From Phoronis australis (lineage: Eukaryota; Animalia; Phoronida): DNA of 64,000 bases. Where the stretch lies: positions 1,427,944-1,491,943 of the forward strand of contig NMRA01000013.1 in the NCBI GenBank assembly GCA_002633005.1. Direction: 5' to 3'. A program made the position numbers and the translations under genes. A model generated the notes under the pieces. The model saw nothing but the letters and a program-made list of their open reading frames with translations. It was not told the origin of the DNA and did no database searches. Every line of letters starts with the position of its first letter. The first letter of the stretch is position 1. Below are positions 21,001 to 61,053 of the stretch, one piece after another.

Positions 21001-24000
21001 GCCCAGAATTAATCCATATTATCTTGTTACTGATTCAGAACAGCTTGAGACTAATTTCATGACAGCAGATGGTTAAATGAGAGCCACCAACAATCATTTT
21101 GTAACTCTGACCTTTGTAAATTTTCAGGTGTGTACATTTGGTGCCCGCTACAAATGCCGAAGTTTAATGTTCAACCGAAAGATGGACCTACTGTCTAGCG
21201 CATTTAGGGACTGTGCTGAACGCTTCCTTCATCCACCTCCATTCAAGTACGTTTGTATGAGTTTTAGTCAGCTGGTAATGACTTGCCAGTTTGGATTTTT
21301 TTGTTTTCTGTCTTACAGCAGCGAATGCAAAATTAGTGGTCATAGAAATTCCGTTACATTTTTCTTAACCACCTTGAACGTGTTATCAAAATCTTTCCAG
21401 GACATTTGGCTTTTATGTTTGATCTTAATCTTTTAATGTTGTGCTTCAAAATTTTTGGAAGTCGTGGTTCTTCGGGGAAAGAATATTTTTGCAGGTGGTG
21501 GCATGATTGTTTATAAATGTTGAATACCGATTGATGAGAGATTATAGCTATCACGATTGCTCCTAAATTTTCAGAAAAATGTGTGTTGAGGGGAAACGGA
21601 CAGAGCCCAAAATGTCTAGTCAAACTGAGCAGTCCGACTATAGTCAGGAAGGAAGCACAGCTCAATCAAAGACACTGTTTAGTTCCAAGAATAAATCAGC
21701 CATGCGTGCCATCAAGCCAAAAGACGCAATGTCCAAATCAAACTCGTCTCCCGTTGCCAGTGCGTCATTCAATCACAGCTTTCACAACAAGCCACGCAAG
21801 AAAAACAGCAGTGGCAGTAGCAGTGGTAACCCAACAAGTGTACCTGCCAATCATGTGGTTGCTGCGGCAACAAGCCAGGCCACGGTGCCGGTGGCCATTC
21901 CTTTGCAAGGTGCCCTGCTGCAAAACAAAAACTGTCGGCGGGATTACAACCTGGTTGTGACGGGTGCTCTTGACCCAAATTCCGCACAGCTCATCAACAT
22001 CAACACCTCTGACTTTGCTAATTCTCTCAACTTTGTCCAATTGCCCATCTTTGCCACAGTCGATGGCTTGTCTGGCTCTCTCAATGCTGGTAATGGTGCC
22101 GGCAAGGTGTCATTGGCAGCAGTGCAACAGTCGACGTCGTCAACCAATCAGGTGTTCCGATCTGTAAGTAGGGGTTCTGCTTGGTGAAAATTTTAAACGC
22201 CAAAATGCAGGATTTTATACAGCCCAATTGTGAAAGATTCTTAGTTTTAGAGAAATTTGATACACGTAGCTTCAGTCATCTGATCTGATAGCAACCAGTT
22301 TATGACTGTTGCATACTAGTTACTGTGAGCATTTAAATGCAGTGACAGTCTAGAGTTACACAATGATGTCTCCTGCTCCTTTGAGCTTGGTTTTGAAGGT
22401 ATGCAAGGGAGACAACAAGAACCTGGGTACAATGCGAAAACGATTTCTTGGAGTGTGCTAATATTAGAAAAGAAAAGGTGTTATTGATGTACCAAACATT
22501 TAAAGGTGTTATGAGCGCAGCTTGATGTGTTTAAAACCACCACGTTCCTTGTTTTGACAAGTTAAGATGAGAAAATAGAAGAAATGCGACTTTTAATTTA
22601 AAGTTTCTTCGGTCCACGTTTGTGAGCGTGATGAACGAATGTACCCAGCACAAATGGGTCATGTCTACCAACGCGCGAGTTTGTTATACAAACTTAATGC
22701 CTTATCTGCACTTCTCTGGTGTCTCATGGGAAATCAGAAAGCGCCACAGCATGGTCAAATACTAAGTTGTCACATAAACGCTACGCATCAGCATTCTTAA
22801 TTATACCATTAACCACGGGAAACTGAGCAGCAATATCTAGTGACTTTTCACACTAAACAAAATGGAGGATGACTATTGCTGTGATTGGTTGTTCTGATTC
22901 TATATAGTGTGCATCGACCAATAAATGCTCATACCTCAAAATCGGCTGATTAACATATCATCGGATAGTTTTTGCGAGTATTCTTATTTGACATCTGAGT
23001 GACTGGTGGGATTGTTTTTGATATGAAATTGGTGACATTGAGCACTTTAAGCCCAATGACTTAGGGTATCCTTTGTCACATACAGGGCTTGGAATTTTCC
23101 TCTTTTAAGAGGATTTCTTCTTTGGTTTTGATTTCCTCTTGTTGGATTTCCAGTTTCCTCTTTTTTGTCTCTTTTTTATCATTATTTTGACTTTATTTAT
23201 GCAAAAACGTTTATTTCAGTTAAATTTTACAACACAAACATATTTCTATTACACTAGCCTATTTATTTGAGCAATGATACATCACCTGGAAAATTTTCCT
23301 CTTTTTTGTCATCGGTCATTTCAAGCCTTGAAACAAGGTAACACTACTGGTGACATTGGTCAGAAATAGAGCTCTTGGGTGTTATTTTTTATTTATTAAA
23401 CCGCTTCATTCTTGTTTTATCTTACCTCAAATAGAGGCTTCTTAACCCACCACTGTTCAGGANCGCTACGCCTCAGCATTCTTAATTATACCATTAACCA
23501 CGGGAAACTGAGCAGCAATATCTAGTGACTTTTCACACTAAACAAAATGGAGGATGACTAGCGATGTGATTGGTTGTTCTGATTCTATATAGTGTGCATC
23601 GACCAATAAATGCTCATACCTCAAAATCGGCTGATTAACATATCATCGGATTTTGCGAGTATTCTTATTTGACATCTGAGTGACTGGTGGGATTGTTTTT
23701 GATATGAAATTGGCGACATTGAGCACTTTAAGCCCAATGACTTAGGGTATCCTTTGTCACATACAGGGCTTGGAATTTTCCTCTTTTAAGAGGATTTCCT
23801 CTTTGGTTTTGATTTCCTCTTGTTGGATTTCCAGTTTCCTCTTTTTTGTCTCTTTTTTATCATTATTTTGACTTTATTTATGCAAAAACGTTTATTTCAG
23901 TTAAATTTTACAACACAAACATATTTCTATTACACTAGCCTATTTATTTGGGCAATGATACATCACCTGGAAAATTTTACTCTTTTTTGTCATCGGTCAT

Positions 24001-25467
24001 TTCAAGCCTTGAAACAAGGTAACACTACTGGTGACATTGGTCAGAAATAGAGCTCTTGGGTGTTATTTTTTATTTATTAAACCGCTTCATTCTTGTTTTA
24101 TCTTACCTCAAATAGAGGCTTCTTAACCCACCACTGTTCAGGAGGATAACTTTAACACATTGTTTTCCTCCTTTCGAAAGAACAAAATCAAGCTATGCCT
24201 TTTCTGTTAAACTTTACAATTTTGCATTCCAGGGCTCAGTCAGTCCCCAGGTGTCTGCAGCATCTCTTACCAACGGTATCATGTCGTCTGGCAGGAACCA
24301 CAGCTTGGGCAGTAGGACGCCGAGTCCAGCCACTGATCTCTCTAACTCTGGGCAGTTCACAATACTCGCTGGTATGTGAACAGGATAACAGTGAGAGGGC
24401 TCTGGTTGTAGGGTGCTGTGTTTTGTCTATAAATGTCCGTGAATTTGATGGCGAAGTGGCTGATGCTTCGTTTTTTTATGTTAAACATATGGGCAAAGAA
24501 TTCTCTGACATCTCCACTGTTAGTGCTCAGTAACATGCCGAACTGCCGTAACATTTGTTTTGGAAAGTATCGTCTCGTGGTCAAGGTGGAGGCGTAAAGC
24601 GTACGCACAAAAAAATTGGTTAGATTAAGTTGCAATGCATTCCAGCATGCGTTGACTGAGACAAATACACGCCGAGCTGTGATAAGTTGGCCCATAAGTT
24701 TGTGTCTCTTTTAAGTCATTTAACCCATATCCGTTCGATGTTTTCTAAGCTGATCTTCTCTAATTGTTCATGTTCTGTTGTCTTGATGTTGATAATGTGT
24801 AAACATACCTACCACAGTTTTTCTTTGAGAGCCTCATTGGCATTAAGTATTTAGCATGATTGTTATCATGACAACACCATTGCTCTACCATTGTAACGGG
24901 TCATGTGATTGTGAAATGTCACTGTTGTCATCAAAGCATGTTTTTAGAAAATGAGGGTCTGTTGCTGTTTTATGGATAGTCGTAAATACAGTATGTGTTA
25001 CAGGGTCAATCTACATATGCATGATGGCATGCAAAGAAGTGTTTCCAGAGAGCTCCTAATTTTGAGTCACAATAATCCTGCGTTGGGGTATAATGGTAGT
25101 ATTGCTATACTCATCTATGAAATCTTCATTTTCAGGTAAGCCCAAGCCAACACAGTCGGTTGGCAAGGCCCAGTTTCCAGCCACCCTCCTGAATACCGGT
25201 CGATTGCTGACTGCCTCCGGTTATCCACAGGTGGGACCTCTAATGCAACAGATTCAGATTCAGGGCAGCTCGATCAAGGTAGACGGCAGTGGCGCTCCTG
25301 TTGGCAGTGTTGTCGGCACGGCCACTGGAGTGCGCCAACTCCCCAGATCCATTCCAATGGTGAAGCAGGAAGGCTCCAAAGAGATGTCGGCGCGAGCATT
25401 TTTCTCTTCAAACGATGATGCTTTAAAACAGCAGCAGGAATCATCAGCAACTAACGCAGTTTCATAA
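14985..25467 (+). CDS. ATXN7: Ataxin-7 family protein (SAGA DUB-module subunit, Sgf73 homolog), 11 coding exons, about 819 aa
   Basis: All exons are GT-AG and in phase. N-terminus MATLD..PS.F.GQSW..W; zinc finger LFGICPSRDECYLVICEKCGQIIKPQALKCHIEQRH; SCA7 domain DREFSPDIHCGV...CTRSLTCKRH.LSKRRAVCGRSKPFDQLL.EH; third conserved block PAAVCTFGAR...FNRKMD. Confidence 0.93.
15249..15317 (+). CDS. ATXN7: ATXN7 exon 2
   Basis: tttcag|GEDVPDGPEKEKKESNIMKLRQN|gtatta. Confidence 0.85.
16157..16261 (+). CDS. ATXN7: ATXN7 exon 3 (N-terminal zinc finger)
   Basis: DKSLFGICPSRDECYLVICEKCGQIIKPQALKCHI. Confidence 0.93.
16887..17435 (+). CDS. ATXN7: ATXN7 exon 4
   Basis: EQRHSGSLDSSKK...VPKQIPCK; 549 nt, phase 1 at both ends. 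Confidence 0.9.
18945..19027 (+). CDS. ATXN7: ATXN7 exon 5 (SCA7 domain, first half)
   Basis: DREFSPDIHCGVKVSDTGEQCTRSLTCK. Confidence 0.94.
19301..19584 (+). CDS. ATXN7: ATXN7 exon 6 (SCA7 domain, second half)
   Basis: RHLLSKRRAVCGRSKPFDQLLNEHREKK...SPYYR. Confidence 0.9.
19847..20484. mobile_element. piggyBac-like MITE in ATXN7 intron 6
   Basis: TTAA|CCCTTAT...ATAAGGG|TTAA with ~120-bp imperfect TIRs that include GTGCACTCACCCCAGGACAC / GTGTCCTGGGGTGAGTGCAC. Confidence 0.85.
20592..20700 (+). CDS. ATXN7: ATXN7 exon 7
   Basis: ANSRELPNQ...PDFTPAPAA|gtgagt; phases match both neighbours. Confidence 0.82.
21128..21246 (+). CDS. ATXN7: ATXN7 exon 8
   Basis: VCTFGARYKCRSLMFNRKMDLLSSAFRDCAERFLHPPPFK. 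Confidence 0.9.
21575..22163 (+). CDS. ATXN7: ATXN7 exon 9 (alternative in-frame donor at 22151)
   Basis: tttcag|A AAA ATG TGT...CGA TCT|gtaagt; S/N/A-rich low-complexity sequence. Confidence 0.82.
23083..23330. mobile_element. ~250-bp MITE with CAGGGCTTGGAA-type TIR; haplotype copy at 23764-24011, inverted copy at ~46245-46466, fragment at 1-57
   Basis: CAGGGCTTGGAATTTTCCTCTTTTAAGAGG ... TTTCAAGCCTTG; the reverse complement recurs at the other sites. Confidence 0.7.
24233..24371 (+). CDS. ATXN7: ATXN7 exon 10
   Basis: ttccag|GSVSPQVSAASLTNG...QFTILA G|gtatgt; open frame, phases match. Confidence 0.78.
25136..25467 (+). CDS. ATXN7: ATXN7 exon 11 (terminal coding exon)
   Basis: ttttcag|GKPKPTQSVGKAQFP...SSATNAVS*. 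Confidence 0.8.
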
Positions 25468-25963
25468 CGCATACTGCTGAAGTGTAGACACTCAAAAAGT
25501 TAAGTGCAATTATTTTGTGAGTAAAGCAGCATGCCTCGCGGTCGCTGCCTTTCAGTTTCGCTGCTCTCTTTATGTGATCTGATACTGAATTCGATCTGCG
25601 AGTGACTACTTATAGTGTTGGACCAAGTCATACCGTGTCTCTTAAGCTGGTTACCAGCGCTATCCAAATTCCCTTTGCCGTATTTGAGATTGTTTATTTA
25701 AGTAATTTGTTAGGAGTACAGCGTGCTCAGTATCTCCATTTACAAGTATCCAAATTATTTGTGGAAACGAACACCATAGGTTTTTACAGTACTAGAGTGT
25801 ACAGCTGCATTGTCAGATTACCCAAGAGCCATGATGCAAACAGTTCAATGGCTCGTCATCCACTAGTTTTGTCTGTGATATTCAATACCCCCATTCATGA
25901 GCAGTGGCTTGTGTTTACTAGGTTAATTATGCAAGTTGTTGGAGCTAATGAGTAGCTCCACTA

Positions 25964-26790
25964 CAAGACAAAAGTAATCGGGCAAAATACCATTTTTCGG
26001 TCACGATGGCTATTTGTGTTAACTGCAAAAATGACTGATAATAGTATTTGGTGGCAAAATTCTAATTATATAATGCCTTAGCCACCTTAAGAACTTTCCT
26101 GTTAACTTCGCTTCATTCTCGGTCATGAAGGAAGACTATTTTGACCATGAATTTGGCTCCCGCCTTGCCGCCATGATGGGGAATTATGGGTCATTTTTCT
26201 CTAAGGGCTGTTCCAGCAAAATCTGTGTGGGAGGGGGGAAGGCAACCGAAATAAAAATTTATGGGTGGTTGCGTTTGACTTAAATTCAAAATGGCTGGTG
26301 GTCGTACTTTAAAAAAATTAAAATTTTCAGGTCATTGTTGTTTCACTGGGCCATAAATGTTTGATGGTGGGTAATTTTAGTAAATTTTGTAAACAATCTG
26401 CACAGAATCAAAAACTGAAACAAAAATGCAACTTGCAAAGAGCTCCAACTTTTTCACTCCCTCCGATCTCCTCATCGGCATGCCCATAACACCATTTAAC
26501 CACAGGTGCTCGAATTTCTCGATGGCTAATAACCATATATATGAAACATATTGTTTTCTTAGTAATGAATGTCGTTAGTGGTGATGGAGGAACAGATAAA
26601 CTCAAGCGCCTGTGCAGTCAACCACAAGAACAAAAATAATTACGGGTGGTTGCATTTCAAACTTATAAAAAATTACGGGTGGTAGGCTGAAGAAATAAAT
26701 GAAAAATATGGGTGGTGGGTGCGAAAAAAAGGTGCCTTCCCCACCTCCCATACAGATTTTACTGGAACAGTCCCAAGTACTTTTGGCTTG
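25964..26790. mobile_element. TA-flanked MITE with TIR CAAGACAAAAGTA; related copies at ~27727-27945, 29427-29507 and ~47297-47530
   Basis: TA|CAAGACAAAAGTA ... TACTTTTGGCTTG|TA; internal blocks AAATTCTAAT and CTATTTTGAC.ATGAATTTGGCT are shared between copies. Confidence 0.65.
26205..26773. mobile_element. PIF/Harbinger-like (Tourist-type) MITE nested in the TA-flanked MITE
   Basis: TAA|GGGCTGTTCCAGCAAAATCTGTGTGGGAGGGGGGAAGGCA ... TGCCTTCCCCACCTCCCATACAGATTTTACTGGAACAGTCC|CAA; the same terminus occurs at 58536-58681. Confidence 0.8.
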
Positions 26791-29700
26791 TACCATTAAA
26801 AGGGTAACAGACTCAATCAAAACTTGAAATCAGCTGAGCTTTTTAGGGGGTGGGGGTTGTTAAGTGGCGTAAACCTTTTTAGACACTTTGTAGCTGTGTC
26901 ATATGCATGTAAATTTATTGGAAATGTGTTCCACCTGCTGTCAAACTTGTCATAATATCCGAACATGTATTGTTGAAATGCCTTAAGGGTTTAGCAAAAG
27001 TGTCAGTTGTGACATAGGGCTTTATCTTAAGTGTACTTAAAATTCTTTATTGTCTCAAATTTATCATGCCGCGTTATTTGACTGAAATTAGTTCAGGTTG
27101 TCGGCTGCCATTGAATTAGCAAGAGTTTTTATTGAACAGGAATTTTGTTAAAGCTGGATTTGTGTATAGAATGACTGTTTATCTACCTTTAACAATGGTG
27201 CTGTCTAACTGTAGTCGTTGTTCGCAAACAATATGAACCGTCGTAAAAGTAATCTACATGTATAATATTGAGAGAGCACTCACTCTAGTAGTTAGAAGTT
27301 AGTGAATGAGTGAAATCATATTTACCGTGGTTCAGATGACGAAACATCTTTAAAAAATTCAAATTTCTGAGAAAGGCTGTCGCATCGTGCAAGATAAGTT
27401 TTCCTGTAAAATGTTATGATGAACAAATAACTGTTTGTGTAGTACAGGCTATAAATGATTAAGACAAAATGATCTGGGATTTCGAATAATGATATAGGGC
27501 ATGTCATGGCTGTAGTGGTCATCTGGTTGATTTTGACAATTTTTTTGAGAAATTGGTGAGACATTAACGTAAAATAAGGCAGAAATTTTACTGTGAAACT
27601 TGGCTTGTATTGCTGTGTTGAGTTCTAGCCAATCATTTCAGTAGAATCAGCTGTCATTACTGGGCAACAGCTGTTTGTCTTACAACTTTTGGTGTGGACC
27701 CTAGTCCTTGCTGTTTATGCAATATATGGCAAAAGTAATCGGACAAAAAACTGTTTCGCTGTCAGGATGGCTAATTACTGTTGCGGGGAAATTCTAATTA
27801 CGGAATGGCTCACCTACCTTTATTTTACTGTTAATTCTCCTTTATTTTTGGGTCACAAGAAAAAGCTATTTTGACGATGAATTTGGCTTCTGCCAGTCAT
27901 GATACGGAATTGCAGGACATTTTGTCTCAATACTTTTGGCTTGTCCGTAGTGCTTATGGTTATTTTCATCGGGGTTAAAGGTCACACGATACGACATGGG
28001 AGTTAATTCACTTGGTGTCCAAGTTACAGAGACAGAATCTCAACAGCATTCCAGCAGTGGCAGAGAATAGTTTGTGTGACTGAACTATTGCGCTGTTGCC
28101 GACTGTAGGACATTGTAATGTTAGCGGCGATTGTGATCTCTTTTAAATTTGTCGAAGAAGAACCGGGAATGGCTATGGTGGTGGCAGTGAGCTGGAATTT
28201 GAGTATGCGAATTCTGAGAAAAAATGTCGGGTAATTTAATCTTCCTCATGTCAGTCCTAAGTATCCTTGCTGGTATGGCAATATTCACTCTCTACTCGGA
28301 AATTCTAAGCAGTCGAGTTTCCTGGTTTTTAGATTTATATTCTGACACTATGACAGAAATTGTGGACTAGTGCGCATGTGTACATTAACAACTCTGGAAT
28401 TCTGAAGTGGTAAAGATTTTGTAGCGTTTGATTTGTAAATTCCAGGTAAGGAAATAATAGCAGTTGGATGACTGCCAGATTTTGCTCACTCTTTAATTGT
28501 CCGCGTGTTTCGTTTGCTCATTTCCTGTTTTGAAATGCAATAAGTTGGCATGGCAGCGGTCTGTGCTTTGTCTATTGTCCTGGTCTGAAAGTTACGCATG
28601 TAAAACCATAGATTGTAGTGTAGTAAGATGCACAGCTTCGTAAAGTCTCTTGTACTGGTATTTTTTCTTCCAGTTAGATTTTTTCATGCGCATGTGCCGG
28701 GTTGCAGCTACTATCGGAAAATGTTCGGAGAAGTCGTGGACATTCATTGGTAAAGAAGTTGAAAGGTATAAAAATGATAAATTTTGGCTATTTGCCTTCG
28801 TCCAAAAGTTATGGTACTGCGATTTATGCATGTTTTCTACAGGTATCTTGTAGAACGAGTTCATATCGCTACGTCACCTGTTTTGTGAATACGGAGCTGT
28901 GAATCTTACCACTATAGTCTATAGTAAAAGTAAACTCAGTGACTAGTTACGTTCAGATGAGACTTAAAGTGTGAAAGGATGCATTTCTGTTGAGTGCAAA
29001 ACATGACAATTGTAAGTAGAGAAATGTGCACTGAAAATTTCTAGGAGTAATCTAAAATGGGGTGGTGTCTGCTGTAGGAATGTTTCCTCGGTCAAAAACC
29101 AGTGACTTCAAAGTCATTTTGAAGAATCTGTGAAACGATGTCAATTAGTCGGAAAAGACTTAATTAAGGATTTTGTCTAATCTGCGGTATGTCATCAATT
29201 GCAGTGTACTCCACTTTATAAAGTACTTGTGTTTATATTCGGAAAACATTCCTTTTAAAAAGAGTAGAAGTGATGTGCAGGTTTTCATATGATGGCATCA
29301 GAATGCATGTTTAAAATCTTGACAAGGTATCTAACTCTGAAGCTGTGTGGATTGAAAACAAAACTGCTAAATTTTGGTCCTAACTTAATTGAAATTGCAT
29401 TGTATAACTTTAGCTAAAGTGCTCCCCAAAAGTAATCAGACAAGAAATGACCCAGAGTTCGTTGTCATGACGACCAACCCCATTTTGTCTGATTACTTTT
29501 GTCTTGTTCCGTATCAACATTAAGCAAATGCCTTCTAAGTCACTTGTTTTGGACTGTTTAGTGTGCAATAGGGGTGATGTTGAGTGAGGACAATTTGTCG
29601 TGTCGTTTAGTCCTTTCTGGTGCTAAGTTGCATGCGAGCTTGTTTAAATGTCAAATGAATTTTTCGAGATCAGTCTTCTGTAATTCGGAACTAATTATTT

Positions 29701-30921
29701 TAATTATTATCGTCTCCTCAGGTGTGTCCATCTGTTCTTTGGGTAGTTTAATCACTTGTCAACGAGCCTTGATCATTCATTCTGTATATGTCCGTGCAAC
29801 CTGCCGTAAAATATAGGTAAACAGAAGTAATGACTCCCGATTCAGAAAGGAACTATTCGGTTTATACCCATGGTCGGTTTCATGAAAAGTGACTTGACGA
29901 CGAGTTGGCAAATTCCTACTTATGTGCCACAGAACTATAATTTAAGTCCACTTGAGCTGATTGCAAAAGAGGATTCACCAAAATTGCTTGCTAAACAATT
30001 TCTGCAAGTTATTGCTTATCTGCAGAGTCACTCAAAACTGACTTCAAGTTGGTAGCACTATCAAGGCTGTTCACCCAGTATAGATAGCACGCATTCAGAA
30101 AGTCATGTGGAACCCAGACCAGTAGACATAGACCCTGATGCTGTAGAACTGCTTTCCACTTTAACTATGGAGATTTTAATAACAATATTTATTCGTCAGC
30201 ACCACCTAGTGAGCATCAGGTCTCCCATTACGTGGTAAAAAGGTTATTAAATAGTAGCGAAATTGGAGCGCAAGACAAAATTTCTTTGTCTGACTTCACT
30301 TTTCATGGATGATCCCCACTGAGCATTTCTGAGAATGTTAAAAACTAACTCAGTTACACATCAATTGAATGTTACTGGGTGATAAATCACAAGTTCTAAT
30401 CAGGAAACGATGTGCAACTTTAAAATTCATCAGATTTCTAGGTTGTTTTTTTCAGGAAGTCTGAAATGTTCAGTGTGGCTCAGTTGACTAATTTCTGAAT
30501 TGGAATTTGTCATTACTTAGCTGGAGTAACAGAGGCTGTATTCCAAGAACATTTCAAAGAAGTGGTTGAATTTAATGTACAGTTTTGAATTAAGGTACTT
30601 TACTAGTCTGAATTATGATTGGTGTACACATGCTGTGTAAACAGTTTGGTGGGAAGGAAAATGCAACCTTTAAATAAATCCCAAAGAATGCAGAGGCTGG
30701 TTTGCAACCTCGCAAGTGGACAATTTGTAAATTATTATGTGAACCGAGGTAATAAATGTTTCACAATATATATTGTTAAGAATTAATGATAATTGTGACA
30801 ATTTTGGCTTGGTTCAGCCAATTGTGTCTTTCCAAGCCCAACTATTGTAGCGTATATATTTTGTATTTTTGCACACTTAAACTGTAACTGTTGACTTGTA
30901 TAATTTATGTCACTAAGTCAA

Positions 30922-30927
30922 AATAAA
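30922..30927 (+). terminator. Candidate ATXN7 polyadenylation signal
   Basis: AATAAA after a long TGT/TGTA-rich 3' UTR-like tract; more AATAAA at ~30673 and 30751; base skew reverses near 31000-31300. Confidence 0.45.
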
Positions 30928-31305
30928 CGTACCTGTTAAATTTCAGATACCGGTTTTTTACAATTTGGTTCCAAGAAGCTTGAGATTGCATCAGTGTGTT
31001 AGTTGTGGATCGATCTAAACCAACAATACTTTTTACCACAGTCTTTCCCAACATTTGACAGGCAGACTAGACTAGAAGGGCAACTTCACTGCAGACTATT
31101 CACCTGTCACATCAGGGAGGGGGTCTTTACAGTGCCCAATACGTCCAAATTGAGTTGGCAAAAAATGAAGTCCTTATGTTGTAAAAATTCAAAATTTGAT
31201 TGACAAGTGAAAACTTCACAACTATTTCAAAGAGAGACCTAGGTCTGTAATGCCGAGACCATAAAACGTTGAAAAATTAACACAACGGGTGGCTTCTAAC
31301 TTAGA

Positions 31306-31323
31306 TTTAATTCACATTTTAAT
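31306..31323 (-). terminator. Candidate KDM5 polyadenylation signals (two ATTAAA)
   Basis: TTTAAT twice on the plus strand where the ACA-rich (minus-strand UTR-like) sequence ends. Confidence 0.4.
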
Positions 31324-33308
31324 ACGTCAACACATTGGGAATTGGTGCACTTCAATTCATACATTCAACACATTTTCACCAAGTAAGAGTTACAATGAGA
31401 AACGACCTCAAAATTAATGAACACTAAAACAAGGCAGGATGAATATTATTGCTTCAAAAAAAAAAAGAAAATTACCCTCTACAACAGAAACCTGAGCTTT
31501 CCACATGTTGTTTCAGCTGTGCTTAATCATCAGAATTAAAGCAGACCACAGTGCCTTTAACTCGCTTCAGCCTGGCTTATTCTGGTGAATTCCAGTCGCT
31601 CAAGATAAACTTATTTGTCCTAGTGTAAACACTTCAAACTAACACTACTTTGCCACACTGAAAAATCTCCATGATGTATTCAAGATGGTGTTGTACTATG
31701 TGGCTTTAATTAATGGAAAAACGTAACTCCGTAAAAACGATCCAGAACTGCAGGACATAAGATCAATCAATTTCCCAACAATACCATTTACACACTGTCA
31801 TAACACTTGTCTCATCCTGGAGTTAGCCAAGTACAGTAAAAGAAGGTGGATACTGTACTTTTTAGTCTTAAATTATAGATTTAACCTTATACTAGTAATG
31901 AGACTATTACCTTTAGTGATCAACATATAATTAGTGAATTATCTTTGAGAATGCTTCGCTAAATAAACAAATATGCTTTCACCTGCAAACAACAGCTGCA
32001 GTAGATGAAACTTAAATACTTTCACTACTCTATACTAATTATGTTAAACACTGTTACCATTTACATTTCTGTACAAATGGGTTTCCATTCAAACCACAGA
32101 CATTCCTACTCCTCTTACAAGTCAAATTTAACTCTCCCAAACTAAGTTAATTTACATACCTATTCTATCGGAGGTAAATTCGGACTGTCCGAACACTAGC
32201 ATTGTAGTACAATGTACAGCATTAACTTGTCATTAACCATGAGATATGAAGTATCGCTGAACCAAACAACTTAAAGTAACATTGAGTGCTGTTCAGCAGG
32301 TGGATTACCTTAGGATAATAATTCACAAAATAGCAAGTGTCAAATGTTTGGATTTAATTGTGTGACTCTTACAAAGAATTGAGCCATGAAATAGGCATGT
32401 TAACCGTGTTTCTTTTCTATAGTTATGTTACAGGCGGAATAGGCCTCACAGGGGTAATAGTCAATTACTGGGGATCTGCATTTCCAGAACAGTTTTCTCC
32501 ACTGAACAACATCAAACTGGTTCTCAAACTCGTGAACTCCTGTAATTATTGCCCTCATAGTTGTTATTATTTTTGGCTAAACAAAAGACTTCCTTTTTAT
32601 CTTACTTTGAAGTTAACTTGCCAATACAGTGCTCAATGTAACTTTCAACCTAGTTGTTACCACAAAAGATAACATTTGTGAAACATGTAAGCATTTATCC
32701 ACTTGAGACCATCAAAACCAACCACATGGGGGTTTCTGATAAATCGCGCGCAAACTTTGAACAATACACTCGTGAATACCATATGCAAAATTTCACAAAG
32801 CAACTGAAAACATTTACAAAATGTACAAGTCAGAGAATACTGGACGCTCAGCTAACAGCATCGACAGAGACCCGCCATTTTATGCTTCAACGACAGAACT
32901 ATCCCGATTTGTTGGCTCCGATGCCAGTATTTCTGGTGTGGGGGCTTGCACCTCTGGTATTACTTCNTCCTGTAATTATTGCCCTCATAGTTGTTATTAT
33001 TTTTGGCTTAACAAATGCTTCATTTTTATCTTACTTTGAAGTTAACTTGCCAATACAGTGCTCAATGTAACTTTCAATCTAGTTGTTACCACAAAAGATA
33101 ACATTTGTGAAACATGTAAGCATTTATCCACTTGAGACCATCAAAACCAACCACATGGGGGTTTCTGATAAATCGCGCGCAAACTTTGAAGAATACACTC
33201 GTGAATACCATATGCAAAATTTCACAAAGCAACTGAAAACATTTACAAAATGTACAAGTCAGAGAATACTGGACGCTCAGCTAACAGCATCGACAGAGAC
33301 CCGCCATT

Positions 33309-61053
<27,745 letters not shown>

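Noticed and set aside
22779-24143. Apparent 680-bp tandem duplication in ATXN7 intron 9
   Set aside because: The copies meet exactly at N23463 and differ by scattered SNPs and a small indel, which is typical of uncollapsed haplotype overlap
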